DNA of 64,000 nt from Desulfitobacteriaceae bacterium (GCA_049302575.1 JBAQMG010000027.1:840-64839), one strand, 5' to 3'. Positions 9,891 through 19,010 are shown, counted from the stretch's first letter. Translations and numbers: made by a program. The notes: generated by a model not told the origin, from the letters alone.

Positions 9891-9951
9891 TTCGAAGTTC
9901 GAAGCGCGAAGTTCGAATGGACTTTCGAGTATCGAACATCGTGCATCGATT
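9891..9951. repeat. Heptamer-phased TTCGAAG/TCGAACA-type repeat block after sigG
   Basis: The sequence reads ttcgaag ttcgaag cgcgaag ttcgaat ... tcgagta tcgaaca tcgtgca tcgatt. Confidence 0.85.
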
Positions 9952-9993
9952 ATGCCGCTCCCTCATATGTTTTAGTGGGGGGAGGGAATAACG

Positions 9994-10266
9994 ATGAGGA
10001 TTTCGGAATTACGCTTGCTTGATATAGTCAATATCAAAGATGGTCGTCGACTTGGTCCCATCAAAGATCTTGATCTTGATTTGGAGCGTGGTGTTGTTAA
10101 AGGGATAGTTTTACCGGGACCTTCCCGAAGTTGGGGTTTTTTCAGCGGCGGGAAATCTGAAGATATTATTATTCCTTGGGAAAGAGTGAAAAAAATTGGC
10201 GTTGATGTCATTTTAGTGGATGTTAGTGATTTGCCGGATTTTGAAGACAATGAGGAACGGCGATAG
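9994..10266 (+). CDS. ymxH: YlmC/YmxH family sporulation protein (PRC-barrel)
   Basis: 90 aa. MRISELRLLDIVNIKDGRRLGPIKDLDLDLERGVVKGIVLPG is the typical YlmC/YmxH N-terminus. Its position after sigG is conserved. Confidence 0.85.
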   Translation: MRISELRLLDIVNIKDGRRLGPIKDLDLDLERGVVKGIVLPGPSRSWGFFSGGKSEDIIIPWERVKKIGVDVILVDVSDLPDFEDNEERR

Positions 10267-10276
10267 GGGGGATAAA

Positions 10277-10330
10277 AGGGGCCGCCTCTCATAGAAATGT
10301 AAATTTCTATGAGGGGCGGCCTTTATTCTC
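10277..10330 (+). terminator. Rho-independent terminator after ymxH (copy 1 of a duplicated ~75 bp segment)
   Basis: A long hairpin, aggggccgcctctcatagaaat / atttctatgaggggcggcct, is followed by ttattctc. Confidence 0.8.
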
Positions 10331-10594
10331 ATAAAAAGCAAAATAAGAGAAGGATCTAAATTACCTTTTCAATGGCTTAAATAGTTTGTTGAGTAACTTC
10401 GTTCAGTGAAGAGACTAACCCGTCAGATAAGTACCCACGTGATTAAAATGACAGATGTTTTGTTTTGCGACAATATTTCCCAAATAACCTCTTGTAAATA
10501 TAAATCTTGAAATGATAGTATGGTTATAAGATTCAGGAATGTATGCAATAATCACCCATTAAACATGCGAAAACCCTGAAAGAAGGAAGACTTA

Positions 10595-11200
10595 ATGTTA
10601 ATATTTAAAAAGCGAATTGTTATTTTACTAGTTTTAAGCTTTATAATGAGTTTTTTTGGGATTTCAAATACCTGTTTAGCTTATAGTGCTCAGAATGCAG
10701 CAACCTATGCTGAACAATGGGCTTTAAGTAGAAATTCTAATTACCCCAGTTTTACTGAGGACTGTACCAACTTTGCATCTCAAGCACTGTATGCTGGAGG
10801 AAGACCTATGTTATATGGGTCTACCGAAGATACTAAATGGTATGTAAGAAAAATTTTATTTGTATGGGATTATACTTTATCCTGGTCAATGGCCAGTTAC
10901 TTTTATAACTTTTTAGGATCAAATTCAGCTCCACTTCAAGGTTCGTGGACAACCAGTTCTGCGCCTGGTAACGATAAGTCCGAGATAATTAAAGGCGATG
11001 TTCTTTCTTATGATTGGGACGGTGGTGGTAGTAAAGACCACTCAGCAATAGTAACATATATGGGATATGACCCTAATTCTAGTAATTTTGGGGATTTGGT
11101 TTGTTACCATAGCAAAGATAGATATCGAGGAATATGGCATTTGCGTCCATATAACGCAAATTATATGACAACAATAGTTTACGACCGCAGACCAAGTTAA
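10595..11200 (+). CDS. Secreted putative amidase-domain protein
   Basis: 201 aa with an N-terminal signal/TM segment. AATYAEQWALSRNSNYPSFTEDCTNFASQALYAGG has the catalytic-Cys context (DCTNF.SQ) of the 'putative amidase domain' family, with a later H in DHSAIV. The DNA is strongly AT-rich relative to its flanks. Confidence 0.65.
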   Translation: MLIFKKRIVILLVLSFIMSFFGISNTCLAYSAQNAATYAEQWALSRNSNYPSFTEDCTNFASQALYAGGRPMLYGSTEDTKWYVRKILFVWDYTLSWSMASYFYNFLGSNSAPLQGSWTTSSAPGNDKSEIIKGDVLSYDWDGGGSKDHSAIVTYMGYDPNSSNFGDLVCYHSKDRYRGIWHLRPYNANYMTTIVYDRRPS

Positions 11201-11210
11201 TATAGTAGGA

Positions 11211-11786
11211 GTGAAGTTAATGTTAAAATCTTTTGTTAAAAAAAGGATAATAATAATTTTTAGCCTTTTAGCTATGTTACTTTTAAGTTCAGGTTTTATC
11301 GCACAACAATTAAGTAGCGAGCAATTGGAGATTGAAAAATTGATTAAAAACGCTGTAAATACTACAAAATCTATAAATCAATTACCTGATCAATTTTTAA
11401 GTAATCCCAATGAAAAAATACCTCGACAAGTTAAAGAGAAAATGTATGAAAAAATATCGTTCGAGTTCAACAAAATATATAGTTCAGACTCGGAAATTTT
11501 AAAAAGACGCATAGATTCCCTTAAAGGAACAATTTCGTGGCAAGAGTCTGATAATTTCAGGGCATTAGGTGGTGGAATAAAAAAAGTTGAAAATTTAATC
11601 ATTAATATCAACGGTAATAATGCAACTGCTAACGTGGATATTACAAGTTTTGTAAAAATAAAAGAATCAAATGGAAAAATTTTTACTCCTGAAGGTAGTT
11701 CTCATTACAAATTTAATTTAGTAAAAGAAGAAAATACTTGGAAAATTTCTGAAGAAATATTTGATGTAACATCTGGCGCTCCATAA
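11211..11786 (+). CDS. Hypothetical membrane-anchored or secreted protein
   Basis: 191 aa with an N-terminal hydrophobic segment. No family is recognised. It is AT-rich and adjacent to the amidase-like gene. Confidence 0.5.
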   Translation: MKLMLKSFVKKRIIIIFSLLAMLLLSSGFIAQQLSSEQLEIEKLIKNAVNTTKSINQLPDQFLSNPNEKIPRQVKEKMYEKISFEFNKIYSSDSEILKRRIDSLKGTISWQESDNFRALGGGIKKVENLIININGNNATANVDITSFVKIKESNGKIFTPEGSSHYKFNLVKEENTWKISEEIFDVTSGAP

Positions 11787-11864
11787 AATATACAATAATG
11801 GAGGAGCTTTCTACGATAAAGTGAGACAAAAATCACTTTATTAGTATTAAAAAGATGTTTTAAA

Positions 11865-11917
11865 AGGGGCTGTCTCATAATAGAAATGTAAATTTCTATG
11901 AGAGGCGGCCTTTTTTC
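11865..11917 (+). terminator. Terminator hairpin (copy 2 of the duplicated ymxH terminator)
   Basis: The hairpin ggggctgtctcataatagaaat / atttctatgagaggcggcc plus a T-run is about 85-90% identical to 10274-10349 over roughly 75 bp. Confidence 0.75.
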
Positions 11918-12029
11918 TCATAAAAAGCTAAAAGACGAGTCCAAAGACCAGCTTTCTAGTATAATTTAGTTATGCTGCAAAACAAACAAACTATACTCAA
12001 AAATTATACTGGAAATAGTTGGGTTTATC

Positions 12030-12438
12030 AACTTGTACTTCCACTAAACATGGAAGTTTAAATACCCGAAGATGACTCAGTAAGACTGCTATGCCATATA
12101 TCACAGAGGAATTAGATTACAAGGCCTTCATCAAGCCACAGATCTATGAAGCCATGAAAAAAGAAGTTTTAGCAAGATGATTGGCAAACGAAAAAACATG
12201 ATCTATGATCCAGAAAAAGATGAATATCTCTGCCGCAATAATAAAAAATTAGTGATTGCTGGTTAAGACTACAAAAATTTCTAAAAGTGGCTATAAATCG
12301 TATGTCATCATCTATGAATGTGAGAGTTGTGGAGGCTGTACTTTCAAGAATCGATGTACCAAATTAGCGGGTAATAAGAGATTGTCTACATCAAAATTAT
12401 TTTTGGAAAAACGAGCAGAAACATTACATAATATGTGA
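12030..12438 (+). mobile_element. Decayed IS1182-family transposase remnant
   Basis: Fragments lie in different frames with stop codons. They include LPLNMEV*IPEDDSVRLL (the N-terminal IS1182 motif), IYDPEKDEYLCRNNKKLV, and YECESCGGCTFKNRCTKLAGNKRL (the C-terminal CxxC..C motif). Most of the DDE core is missing. Confidence 0.55.
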
Positions 12439-12541
12439 TAGTCAGATTTGAAGGGCTTACTGAAATTTTTTCTATATCTTAAGCTTGATGCAGGTGAAAC
12501 GCATCGTTTCGACAGGGTTTTAGATTGTCCTTTGTGGATAA

Positions 12542-12858
12542 TATGGTATAGTTAATTTAAAAGCTCAAGGAGTCCCAATCGGCTTTTCAGCTCGTGAGGG
12601 TGGAGTTAGTGATAACCCTTTAAGTCACTTAATTTAGGTTTTCATGTAGGGGACAATCCTGAAAAAGTTTTTGAGAATCGCAGCCGTTGGCTTTCTGAAT
12701 GGGGAGCAACTTGGTCTGATTTTGTAATGGGTGAACAAATCCGTGGAACTCAGGTTGTTTGGATAGATGAGGAGTCTGGGGGGCGAGGGTCTCGTAGTTT
12801 AGAGACAGTAATTCCAAATATCGATGGGTTGCTGACGCAAAGTCAACTGGGAGGATGA
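12542..12858 (+). pseudogene. pgeF: Truncated and frameshifted N-terminal fragment of pgeF/ylmD (YfiH/laccase-domain purine nucleoside phosphorylase family)
   Basis: The translation reads ...GFSAREGGVSDNPLSH(L), then after a -1 frameshift near 12630, NLGFHVGDNPEKVFENRSRWL...MGEQIRGTQVVWIDEES..IPNIDGLLT. It stops at 12856-12858. The entire C-terminal half with the Cys/His active-site residues is absent. Confidence 0.65.
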
Positions 12859-12900
12859 GTGCTTGGATGCGGCAAAGGTTGGAGAGGGGACGAGGGACTA

Positions 12901-13590
12901 GTGGGTGCAACTATCTTAGTCGTTGATGATGAAGAACTTATTCAGGAATTGCTGCGTTTTAACCTAGAAAAGGAGGGCTATAAGGTTGTTATTGCTAAAG
13001 AAGGTAGGCAAGCGCTCGACTTAGTAGCACAGGAACATCTGGATTTGATCGTTCTAGATTTAATGTTGCCTGGAATTGATGGTTTGGAAGTATGTCGGCA
13101 ATTACGTTTGAATCCTAAATTTCAAGAGTTGCCTGTGATTATGTTAACAGCTAAAGGTGAGGAGCTTGATAAAGTCCTAGGTTTAGAACTAGGGGCAGAT
13201 GATTATATGACTAAGCCTTTTAGTCCTAGAGAACTATTAGCACGAATCAAGGCACGCTTACGCCGTGTGCGGAATTCCGAAGAGGATAACGAAATTGTTT
13301 ATGGTGAGTTACGCTTAAATATTAATAGCTTTCGAGTGTATATTCGTGGAGAAGAGGCAGAATTAACTCCGAAGGAATTTGAATTATTGAGGATGTTGGT
13401 TTCACGTCCTGGTAGGGTATATTCGCGAGATGAGCTGTTGGAACATATATGGGGTTATGAATACACAGGGGATACACGCACGGTCGATGTACATGTCCGG
13501 CATTTGAGGCAGAAAATTGAGATTGACCCCTCTAATCCTGATTATATAGAGACAATACGGGGACTGGGCTACCGTTATAAGGGTAAATGA
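12901..13590 (+). CDS. OmpR/PhoB-family response regulator
   Basis: A receiver domain (ILVVDDEE...DLIVLDLMLPGIDG...TAKG...KPF) is followed by a winged-helix domain (LTPKEFELL..L...GRVYSRDELL...VDVHVRHLRQKIE...IETIRGLGYR). A GTG at 12901 after a GGAGAGGGGA-like RBS is preferred. The ORF track starts at 12859. Confidence 0.9.
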   Translation: MGATILVVDDEELIQELLRFNLEKEGYKVVIAKEGRQALDLVAQEHLDLIVLDLMLPGIDGLEVCRQLRLNPKFQELPVIMLTAKGEELDKVLGLELGADDYMTKPFSPRELLARIKARLRRVRNSEEDNEIVYGELRLNINSFRVYIRGEEAELTPKEFELLRMLVSRPGRVYSRDELLEHIWGYEYTGDTRTVDVHVRHLRQKIEIDPSNPDYIETIRGLGYRYKGK

Positions 13591-13591
13591 G

Positions 13592-14986
13592 ATGAGTATA
13601 AAGTGGCGTCTAACAGGCTTTTTCATAATTATGGCAGGATTATCTCTTTTGCTCTTTTGGGTAGGTCAGAGTGCCTTTATGGGTTCTGTAGGTATCGAAG
13701 TAGACCCATGGGTTGTGATTTTGGCCTTATTATTCCCTAGTGGAGCGGTATATTTTTATTTATTAAGGCTCTCGCAAAGATTGGAAAAACTTGTTGAGGC
13801 CACCAAATACATTGCCCAGGGGAATTTCGAGAGAATTTCCTTTTTAGATTCGACTGATGAATTAGGTAGAATTGCCGGAGAACTAAACAGTTTATCACGG
13901 CAGGTGGAAAGCGTTGTTAAAAAGGGCTCACAAGAAGCCAATAAAATGGCAGCTATCCTCACTGGAATGCAAGAGGGGGTTGTAGCCCTAGATCAAGTTG
14001 GGAGAATAGTTCTTGTCAATCGTGCAGCTGAAAATTTTTTTAATCGTCGACAAGAGGAGGTTAAATTAAAATATTTAATTGCCCTTGTGGAACATCAAGA
14101 ATTAGACAAACTAGTGAGTGAAAGTTTGGCAGGAGAACCTCCCGGAAATACTGAATTTACTCTAGATCAACGTATTTTGCGGGTTCAAGTCAGCCCTATT
14201 CTTGCCGAAGATGGACATTCTAGGGGCGCGGTCATTGTCTGCTATGATATTACAGAACTTAGACGTTTGGAACAGGTTAGAACTGAATTTGTCGCTAACG
14301 TGTCTCATGAGTTAAGGACTCCACTAACCTCAATTAAAGGTTTCGCAGAGACTCTTTTAGATGGTGCAGCAGAGGTTCCTGAGTTCAGAGAACGTTTTCT
14401 AAAGATAATTCAGGCCGAAACGTTACGTTTACAACGTTTAATTGAGGATCTTTTGACGCTTTCATACTTCGAAAATCGTGATAATCGTCGGGTAGGACTT
14501 GCTCCGGAACAAAGTCTGATCCAAGATGCTTATGAGAAAATTAGGCCGATTATCGAAAGTTATGCCGAGGCTAAGGCAATTGGTCTTAAGATCGAGCTTG
14601 CTAGTGATTTGCCAGAGGTAGCTTTAGGCGGTGACTTATTAAGCCAAGTTTTGCTCAACCTTTTAGAAAATGCAGTTAAGTATACTTCTGAGGGTAATGT
14701 CTGGTTACATGGAAAACTAGTTGGGGGACAAGTATATTTGGAGTTTGGGGATACAGGGAGTGGAATTCCTGAAGAAAGTTTACCGCGGATTTTCGAACGT
14801 TTTTATCGCGTAGATAAAGCCCGTTCCAGAGAACAAGGCGGAACGGGTTTAGGCTTAAGCATTGTAAAACATATCTTGGAAGAGTGCGAAGGGAAAATAG
14901 AAGTTGCATCTCAACTAGGGATAGGTACGGTTTTTACCTGCATTTTACCGAGTGTTAAGATTAGAAGATTAGAAGTTAGAAGTTGA
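13592..14986 (+). CDS. PhoR/ResE-like sensor histidine kinase (2 TM, HAMP, PAS, HisKA, HATPase_c)
   Basis: 464 aa. The H-box is FVANVSHELRTPLTSIKGF. The N-box is LLNLLENAVKYT. The G-boxes are DTGSGIP and GGTGLGLSIVK. The start overlaps the regulator stop (ATGA). The last ~10 codons are encoded by heptamer repeats. Confidence 0.9.
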   Translation: MSIKWRLTGFFIIMAGLSLLLFWVGQSAFMGSVGIEVDPWVVILALLFPSGAVYFYLLRLSQRLEKLVEATKYIAQGNFERISFLDSTDELGRIAGELNSLSRQVESVVKKGSQEANKMAAILTGMQEGVVALDQVGRIVLVNRAAENFFNRRQEEVKLKYLIALVEHQELDKLVSESLAGEPPGNTEFTLDQRILRVQVSPILAEDGHSRGAVIVCYDITELRRLEQVRTEFVANVSHELRTPLTSIKGFAETLLDGAAEVPEFRERFLKIIQAETLRLQRLIEDLLTLSYFENRDNRRVGLAPEQSLIQDAYEKIRPIIESYAEAKAIGLKIELASDLPEVALGGDLLSQVLLNLLENAVKYTSEGNVWLHGKLVGGQVYLEFGDTGSGIPEESLPRIFERFYRVDKARSREQGGTGLGLSIVKHILEECEGKIEVASQLGIGTVFTCILPSVKIRRLEVRS

Positions 14987-14996
14987 GAGTTGAGAG
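14954..14996. repeat. Heptamer array TTAGAAG/TTGAGAG spanning the kinase stop codon
   Basis: The sequence reads gttaaga ttagaaga ttagaag ttagaag ttgagag ttgagag. Confidence 0.85.
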
Positions 14997-15025
14997 CGGA
15001 TTTGTAGACTTAATGGGGTGAAAAT

Positions 15026-15961
15026 TTGAGAGGTGTTAATCGACATTCTAGGGGTTTGTTGTGGGGTTTAGTTGTAATAGTGATTTTAAGCGGTGGTGGA
15101 CTTTGGTTCTATCGTTCAATAGTAACTAATAAGGAACTTACCTTCGATTATGCACAGGCAGGAGTTATTAAACATGGTATTAAGGTAAAGGCGACCTTCG
15201 TAAATCAGGAATTTGTGATTCATACTACAGTAGCTGGAAAGGTACAGTTTTTAGGCGTTGACGGGCAGCGTTTTCGGCGGGGGGAAACTGTGGCTAATGT
15301 ACAACCGGAAGGAACAGCTCCAGGGACGAAGACTGGAAATCAAGGCACAATAGCTTTGGCAGCACCGAATGGTGGCTTGTTTTTTCATAAAATTGACGGG
15401 TGCGAAACCTTTCTAACAACAGAGAATTTGCGAAGCACTAATTTAGCAGAACTGCTATCTCAAAAAGCAACGGTTCAGACCACGGATTCTGTTCAAGCTG
15501 GAGGGGTAATCGGCAAAATCGTCAATAATCTTGTACCTACAGAAGCCTTTATCGAACTGCCGTCGCTCAATAATATTATGATCGGTAAAAGTATTCGCTT
15601 AACTATTGCTGATCAGGTCCAAGTTGCTAAAGTTATTCTTAAGTCGGAACGTCCGTTAGGTACTGTTGTTCAGTTTAACCAATTTGTTGATAAATCAGTG
15701 GAAAATCGTCAACAAGAAATTATTTGGGAAGCTCAACCGTCAGTGAGTGGTATTATTATTCCAAAGAGCTCATTATGGACGCAAGGTGAGGAGCAAGGGG
15801 TGTATGTTATATTCGAAGGTGTAATACACTATCGAAAAGTTAAGATTTTAGACGAAAATGAGACCCGGGTTTGTGTTCAAGACTTGCCAAGCGGTATGCC
15901 AATTGTTATCATACCAAGAAATGGGATTGAAGGAATGCTAGCCAGCGCAAAAAAACCTTAG
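15026..15961 (+). CDS. Membrane-anchored protein with an HlyD-like barrel-sandwich region (function unknown)
   Basis: 311 aa with a TTG start and an N-terminal TM segment (LLWGLVVIVILSGGGLWFY). The segment GKVQFLGVDGQRFRRGETVANV resembles lipoyl/HlyD hybrid motifs. The family assignment is weak. Confidence 0.45.
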   Translation: MRGVNRHSRGLLWGLVVIVILSGGGLWFYRSIVTNKELTFDYAQAGVIKHGIKVKATFVNQEFVIHTTVAGKVQFLGVDGQRFRRGETVANVQPEGTAPGTKTGNQGTIALAAPNGGLFFHKIDGCETFLTTENLRSTNLAELLSQKATVQTTDSVQAGGVIGKIVNNLVPTEAFIELPSLNNIMIGKSIRLTIADQVQVAKVILKSERPLGTVVQFNQFVDKSVENRQQEIIWEAQPSVSGIIIPKSSLWTQGEEQGVYVIFEGVIHYRKVKILDENETRVCVQDLPSGMPIVIIPRNGIEGMLASAKKP

Positions 15962-16028
15962 GTTACATAGAAACAGGCAGGAAACAAGGATGAGTCTGTA
16001 GAATTGTTCTGGATAGGGGAGAGTATCC

Positions 16029-16712
16029 ATGGAAATTGCCCATAAACTTAATGAAATACGTCAAAAAATTGTTCGAGCAGCCAATAGAGCAGGACGTGAT
16101 CCCAAGGGAGTAGAGTTATTAGCTGTGTCGAAAACGATTCCAGCAACATTTATACAGGAGGCGTTTAGAGCAGGGCAGAGGGACTTTGCTGAGAACCGGG
16201 TTCAGGAATGGTTGGACAAAGCATCAGTTTTACCTGAGGATTGTCATTGGCATTTAATTGGCAAGCTACAAACTAATAAAGTAAAATATTTGGATCAGAG
16301 AATTACTTTAATTCATTCCTTAGATCGTTTGGCACTTTTACAACAATTAGAGGTACAAGGTGCTAAGCGAGACCATATTTGGTCTACTCTTATACAGGTA
16401 AATATTGCTCGTGACTCGGCTAAAACTGGTTTTTTACGTGAAGAGGTGTCGGATTTTTTGCTGGAGACTGCAGGATATCCTCATGTTCGGGTGGCTGGTT
16501 TAATGACCATCGGTTCCTTGGAGGCTGATAGTCAAGAGACAAGAGGATTTTTTCGAGAACTTCGCATCTTGCGGGATAAATTAGTGGAGGATTTTTCAGA
16601 ACAGATCCCTTTAAATGAATTATCAATGGGTATGAGTCAGGACTTTGAAATCGCAGTTGAAGAAGGTGCCACTATAGTACGGGTAGGACGAGATATTTTT
16701 GGAGAACGATAA
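16029..16712 (+). CDS. yggS: YggS/YlmE family pyridoxal-phosphate homeostasis protein
   Basis: 227 aa. Motifs include LLAVSKT (the PLP lysine), FAENRVQE, WHLIGKLQTNKVKY and LSMGMSQDFEIAVEEGAT.VRVG..IFG. Confidence 0.92.
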   Translation: MEIAHKLNEIRQKIVRAANRAGRDPKGVELLAVSKTIPATFIQEAFRAGQRDFAENRVQEWLDKASVLPEDCHWHLIGKLQTNKVKYLDQRITLIHSLDRLALLQQLEVQGAKRDHIWSTLIQVNIARDSAKTGFLREEVSDFLLETAGYPHVRVAGLMTIGSLEADSQETRGFFRELRILRDKLVEDFSEQIPLNELSMGMSQDFEIAVEEGATIVRVGRDIFGER

Positions 16713-16720
16713 ATGATACT

Positions 16721-16758
16721 AATTCATAATTCATAATTCATAATTCATAATGCACAAT
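16721..16758. repeat. Heptamer tandem repeat, AATTCAT x4 plus degenerate units
   Basis: The sequence reads aattcat aattcat aattcat aattcat aatgcac aatttta. Confidence 0.9.
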
Positions 16759-16875
16759 TTTAAAATTAGTTTTACTTAAATTTTGTTAATGTTCGCTTTG
16801 CAATCAATGCTTTAAACATTTGGCAGTGAAATCTTATAATAGATAATAAGACTTAACTAAAGGAGGAAAAAATGT

Positions 16876-17319
16876 ATGCCTAAATTCATAGACAAGGTGA
16901 TTGGAATTATGGGATTTGGAGATGAAGAAGCAGAAGTAGATTTTAATGGAGAAGGGGAAAAAGAGGAAATTTCCCGCGAGGAGGTACGCACAGGTAGGAG
17001 GAGCGCTCAAGTCGTTAGCATTCATTCTCAAAAGCAAATGCGAGTGGTTGTTTTTGAACCTAAATCTTTCGAGGATTCTCAAGGTATTGCAGACCAGCTT
17101 AGGAACAGGCGTCCAGTTATTGTGAACTTGGAAAATGCCGAGAAGACTTTAGCTAAGCGTGTAGTTGACTTTATCAGTGGGACAACCTATGCTCTCAATG
17201 GTAATATGCAAAAGGTTGGGAATGGTATTTTTCTGTTTGTGCCCAATAATGTTGATATTTCTGGGGAAATGCGCGAGGATTTGCGAGACAAAGGTATTTT
17301 TTGGCCAAGCTCCAAATAA
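16876..17319 (+). CDS. sepF: Cell division protein SepF
   Basis: 147 aa. The conserved core is VVVFEPKSFEDSQGIADQLRNRRPVIVNLE......AKRVVDFISGTTYALNG..QKVG..IFLF.P.NV. It sits in the ylm context. Confidence 0.9.
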   Translation: MPKFIDKVIGIMGFGDEEAEVDFNGEGEKEEISREEVRTGRRSAQVVSIHSQKQMRVVVFEPKSFEDSQGIADQLRNRRPVIVNLENAEKTLAKRVVDFISGTTYALNGNMQKVGNGIFLFVPNNVDISGEMREDLRDKGIFWPSSK

Positions 17320-17361
17320 GGAGGGATTTGCATTTTAACTCTTATTGGCAATATTGGTAAT

Positions 17362-17616
17362 ATGGTAATTACTATTATGGTGTATGCCATCGGGATTCGC
17401 GCTGTGCTATCATTTTTTCCACACTCTCCACAGCAGCCTCTAATTCGCATTCTCTATGAAGTGACAGAACCGTTATTGAAACCTTTTCGGCGTTTTCAAC
17501 TCGGTGGGGCAGCTATGAGTATGGATTTTTCACCTTTACTGGCTTATATGGTTCTACAATTTCTTGTCAGACCGCTTTTCGGTGGTTTGATGCAGATATT
17601 AATGGGTGTTTTTTAG
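17362..17616 (+). CDS. yggT: YggT/YlmG family membrane protein
   Basis: 84 aa with two TM segments. The conserved YEVTEPLLKPFRR motif is present. It sits in the ylm context. Confidence 0.85.
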   Translation: MVITIMVYAIGIRAVLSFFPHSPQQPLIRILYEVTEPLLKPFRRFQLGGAAMSMDFSPLLAYMVLQFLVRPLFGGLMQILMGVF

Positions 17617-17679
17617 GATGCGTATTGCCTGGAAAGTCACGGTGATCAAGGTGCAACGGCATTAGAAGGGATGATACAT

Positions 17680-18141
17680 ATGCAAATGACGCCGATTGAC
17701 ATTCGAAATAAGGAGTTTCGTAAAGGCATCAGGGGTTACCAATGTGCAGAGGTTGAAAAGTTTTTGGAAAATGTCAGTAAGGAATTTGAGGTTTTTTATA
17801 AAGAAAACTTTGAATTAAGGGAAAAAGTTGGGTTAATGGAGGTTGAATTAGCCCATTATCGTAAACTAGAGTCTACTTTACATCAAACTATGGTTTTGGC
17901 CCAACAAACCGCCGAAGAGGTTAAAGCGGCTGCACATCATGAATCCGAACTATTGTTGCGCGAGGCTGAACAGGAAAAAATTAAAAAGTTGTCTGAAGCG
18001 CAACTTAAATGGGAAGAAATACAAGGAGAAATCCAAGACTTAACACGTAAACGAGAACTGATCAGAACGCAATTAAAATCGTTTCTTACCGCACAACTTG
18101 ATTTAACAGGTTCTATGGATGCTTTCAGTAATATGACTTAA
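17680..18141 (+). CDS. divIVA: Division-site and polarity protein DivIVA
   Basis: MQMTPIDIRNKEFRKGIRGY is the canonical DivIVA N-terminal lipid-binding motif. It is followed by coiled coil. The ATG at 17680 is preferred, about 9 nt after GAAGGGA. Confidence 0.9.
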   Translation: MQMTPIDIRNKEFRKGIRGYQCAEVEKFLENVSKEFEVFYKENFELREKVGLMEVELAHYRKLESTLHQTMVLAQQTAEEVKAAAHHESELLLREAEQEKIKKLSEAQLKWEEIQGEIQDLTRKRELIRTQLKSFLTAQLDLTGSMDAFSNMT

Positions 18142-18183
18142 ACAATAGAAGTTTGCAGAAGCTATTTAGCTCGTGGTACAATT

Positions 18184-18268
18184 CAGAAGTCGGAGGCTAT
18201 AATAGAAGTCAGATGTCAGAAGTCCGAGGTCAGATCGGGGTCGGACATCGGACATCGGACATCGAGAA
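18184..18268. repeat. Heptamer-phased repeat block (CAGAAGT/TCGGAGG ... TCGGACA x3)
   Basis: The sequence reads cagaagtcggaggc...gtcagatgtcagaagtccgaggtcagatcgggg tcggaca tcggaca tcggaca tcgagaa. Confidence 0.85.
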
Positions 18269-18298
18269 ACATTTTGGGCAGAGAAGGAAATAACCAAT

Positions 18299-18778
18299 AT
18301 GAAGAGTTTAGTAGTTACTGAACTGAGTTTTGATTTTCTAATACAGGGATTAGGATTGAATCCTTCAGAGGAGGAGGGTTTGATTGGGAAAGTTGGACGT
18401 CATGAAATTCAACTTGTTACTTCTGTAAATTCAAACATTGATTTGGCTATGACAGAAGTTCAGATTTTTTATCTAGGTTTAATCCATGCAGGTGACACAT
18501 TCCGCTCCGGTGACATATTAATGGTAGGGAGTGACGACTTCATAGATCGTGCCTTTAGAGCTCTTGACGAGATGGAACAACGTGGAGTTGTTGTAAATTT
18601 GACAATGTCTAGCGATCCCAATCATTTGTTTGTAAACAAGGTAGAGTTAATCAAGGAAGTCGAGTTATGGCGGGAGAAAAAGGTGCCTTTCCTTTGTCTA
18701 TTGATGATGGAGCCGCTTGATTCCGAAGGTAAAACAAAAATGGTAACTTTAATTCGAAAAATACTAAATAAAGTTTAA
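18299..18778 (+). CDS. Hypothetical protein (159 aa)
   Basis: An ORF with a reasonable RBS (GAAGGAAATAACCAATATG). No family is recognised. Confidence 0.45.
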   Translation: MKSLVVTELSFDFLIQGLGLNPSEEEGLIGKVGRHEIQLVTSVNSNIDLAMTEVQIFYLGLIHAGDTFRSGDILMVGSDDFIDRAFRALDEMEQRGVVVNLTMSSDPNHLFVNKVELIKEVELWREKKVPFLCLLMMEPLDSEGKTKMVTLIRKILNKV

Positions 18779-18799
18779 ATATGCTAAGGCGTTGAAAAG

Positions 18800-19002
18800 G
18801 TCGTTCCTTGTGTAAACACTCTAAACAGCGAGCGGGGATGATGTAAGTAAGTGGAGTTCAACAAGGAATATCCCCTTTGAGTGAGGAGCCGAATCATAGT
18901 AGGTTGTTTCCGTGTAGTTTCCGTTACAAGACTTCCGAGTGGACTAAACGGCAACAAGGGTGGTTTCGCGAGAAAAATCTCGTCCCTTTTGGGGGCGGTT
19001 TT
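18800..19002 (+). promoter_or_regulatory. T-box leader (Ile-specific) controlling ileS
   Basis: A conserved T-box sequence, caacaaGGGTGGTttCGCGag, lies at about 18950-18972. A candidate AUC specifier lies in gccgAATCAtag (~18889-18895). A terminator and T-run (ggttttttatttttt) end near 19002. The leader is immediately upstream of ileS. Confidence 0.8.
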
Positions 19003-19010
19003 TTATTTTT

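Noticed and set aside
9972-10292. 106-aa minus-strand ORF
   Set aside because: It is antisense to the conserved ymxH/ylmC gene, and its composition is Ser/Pro-rich antisense noise.
12629-12910. 93-aa minus-strand ORF
   Set aside because: It is antisense to the recognisable pgeF remnant and the response-regulator start, with no supporting signals.
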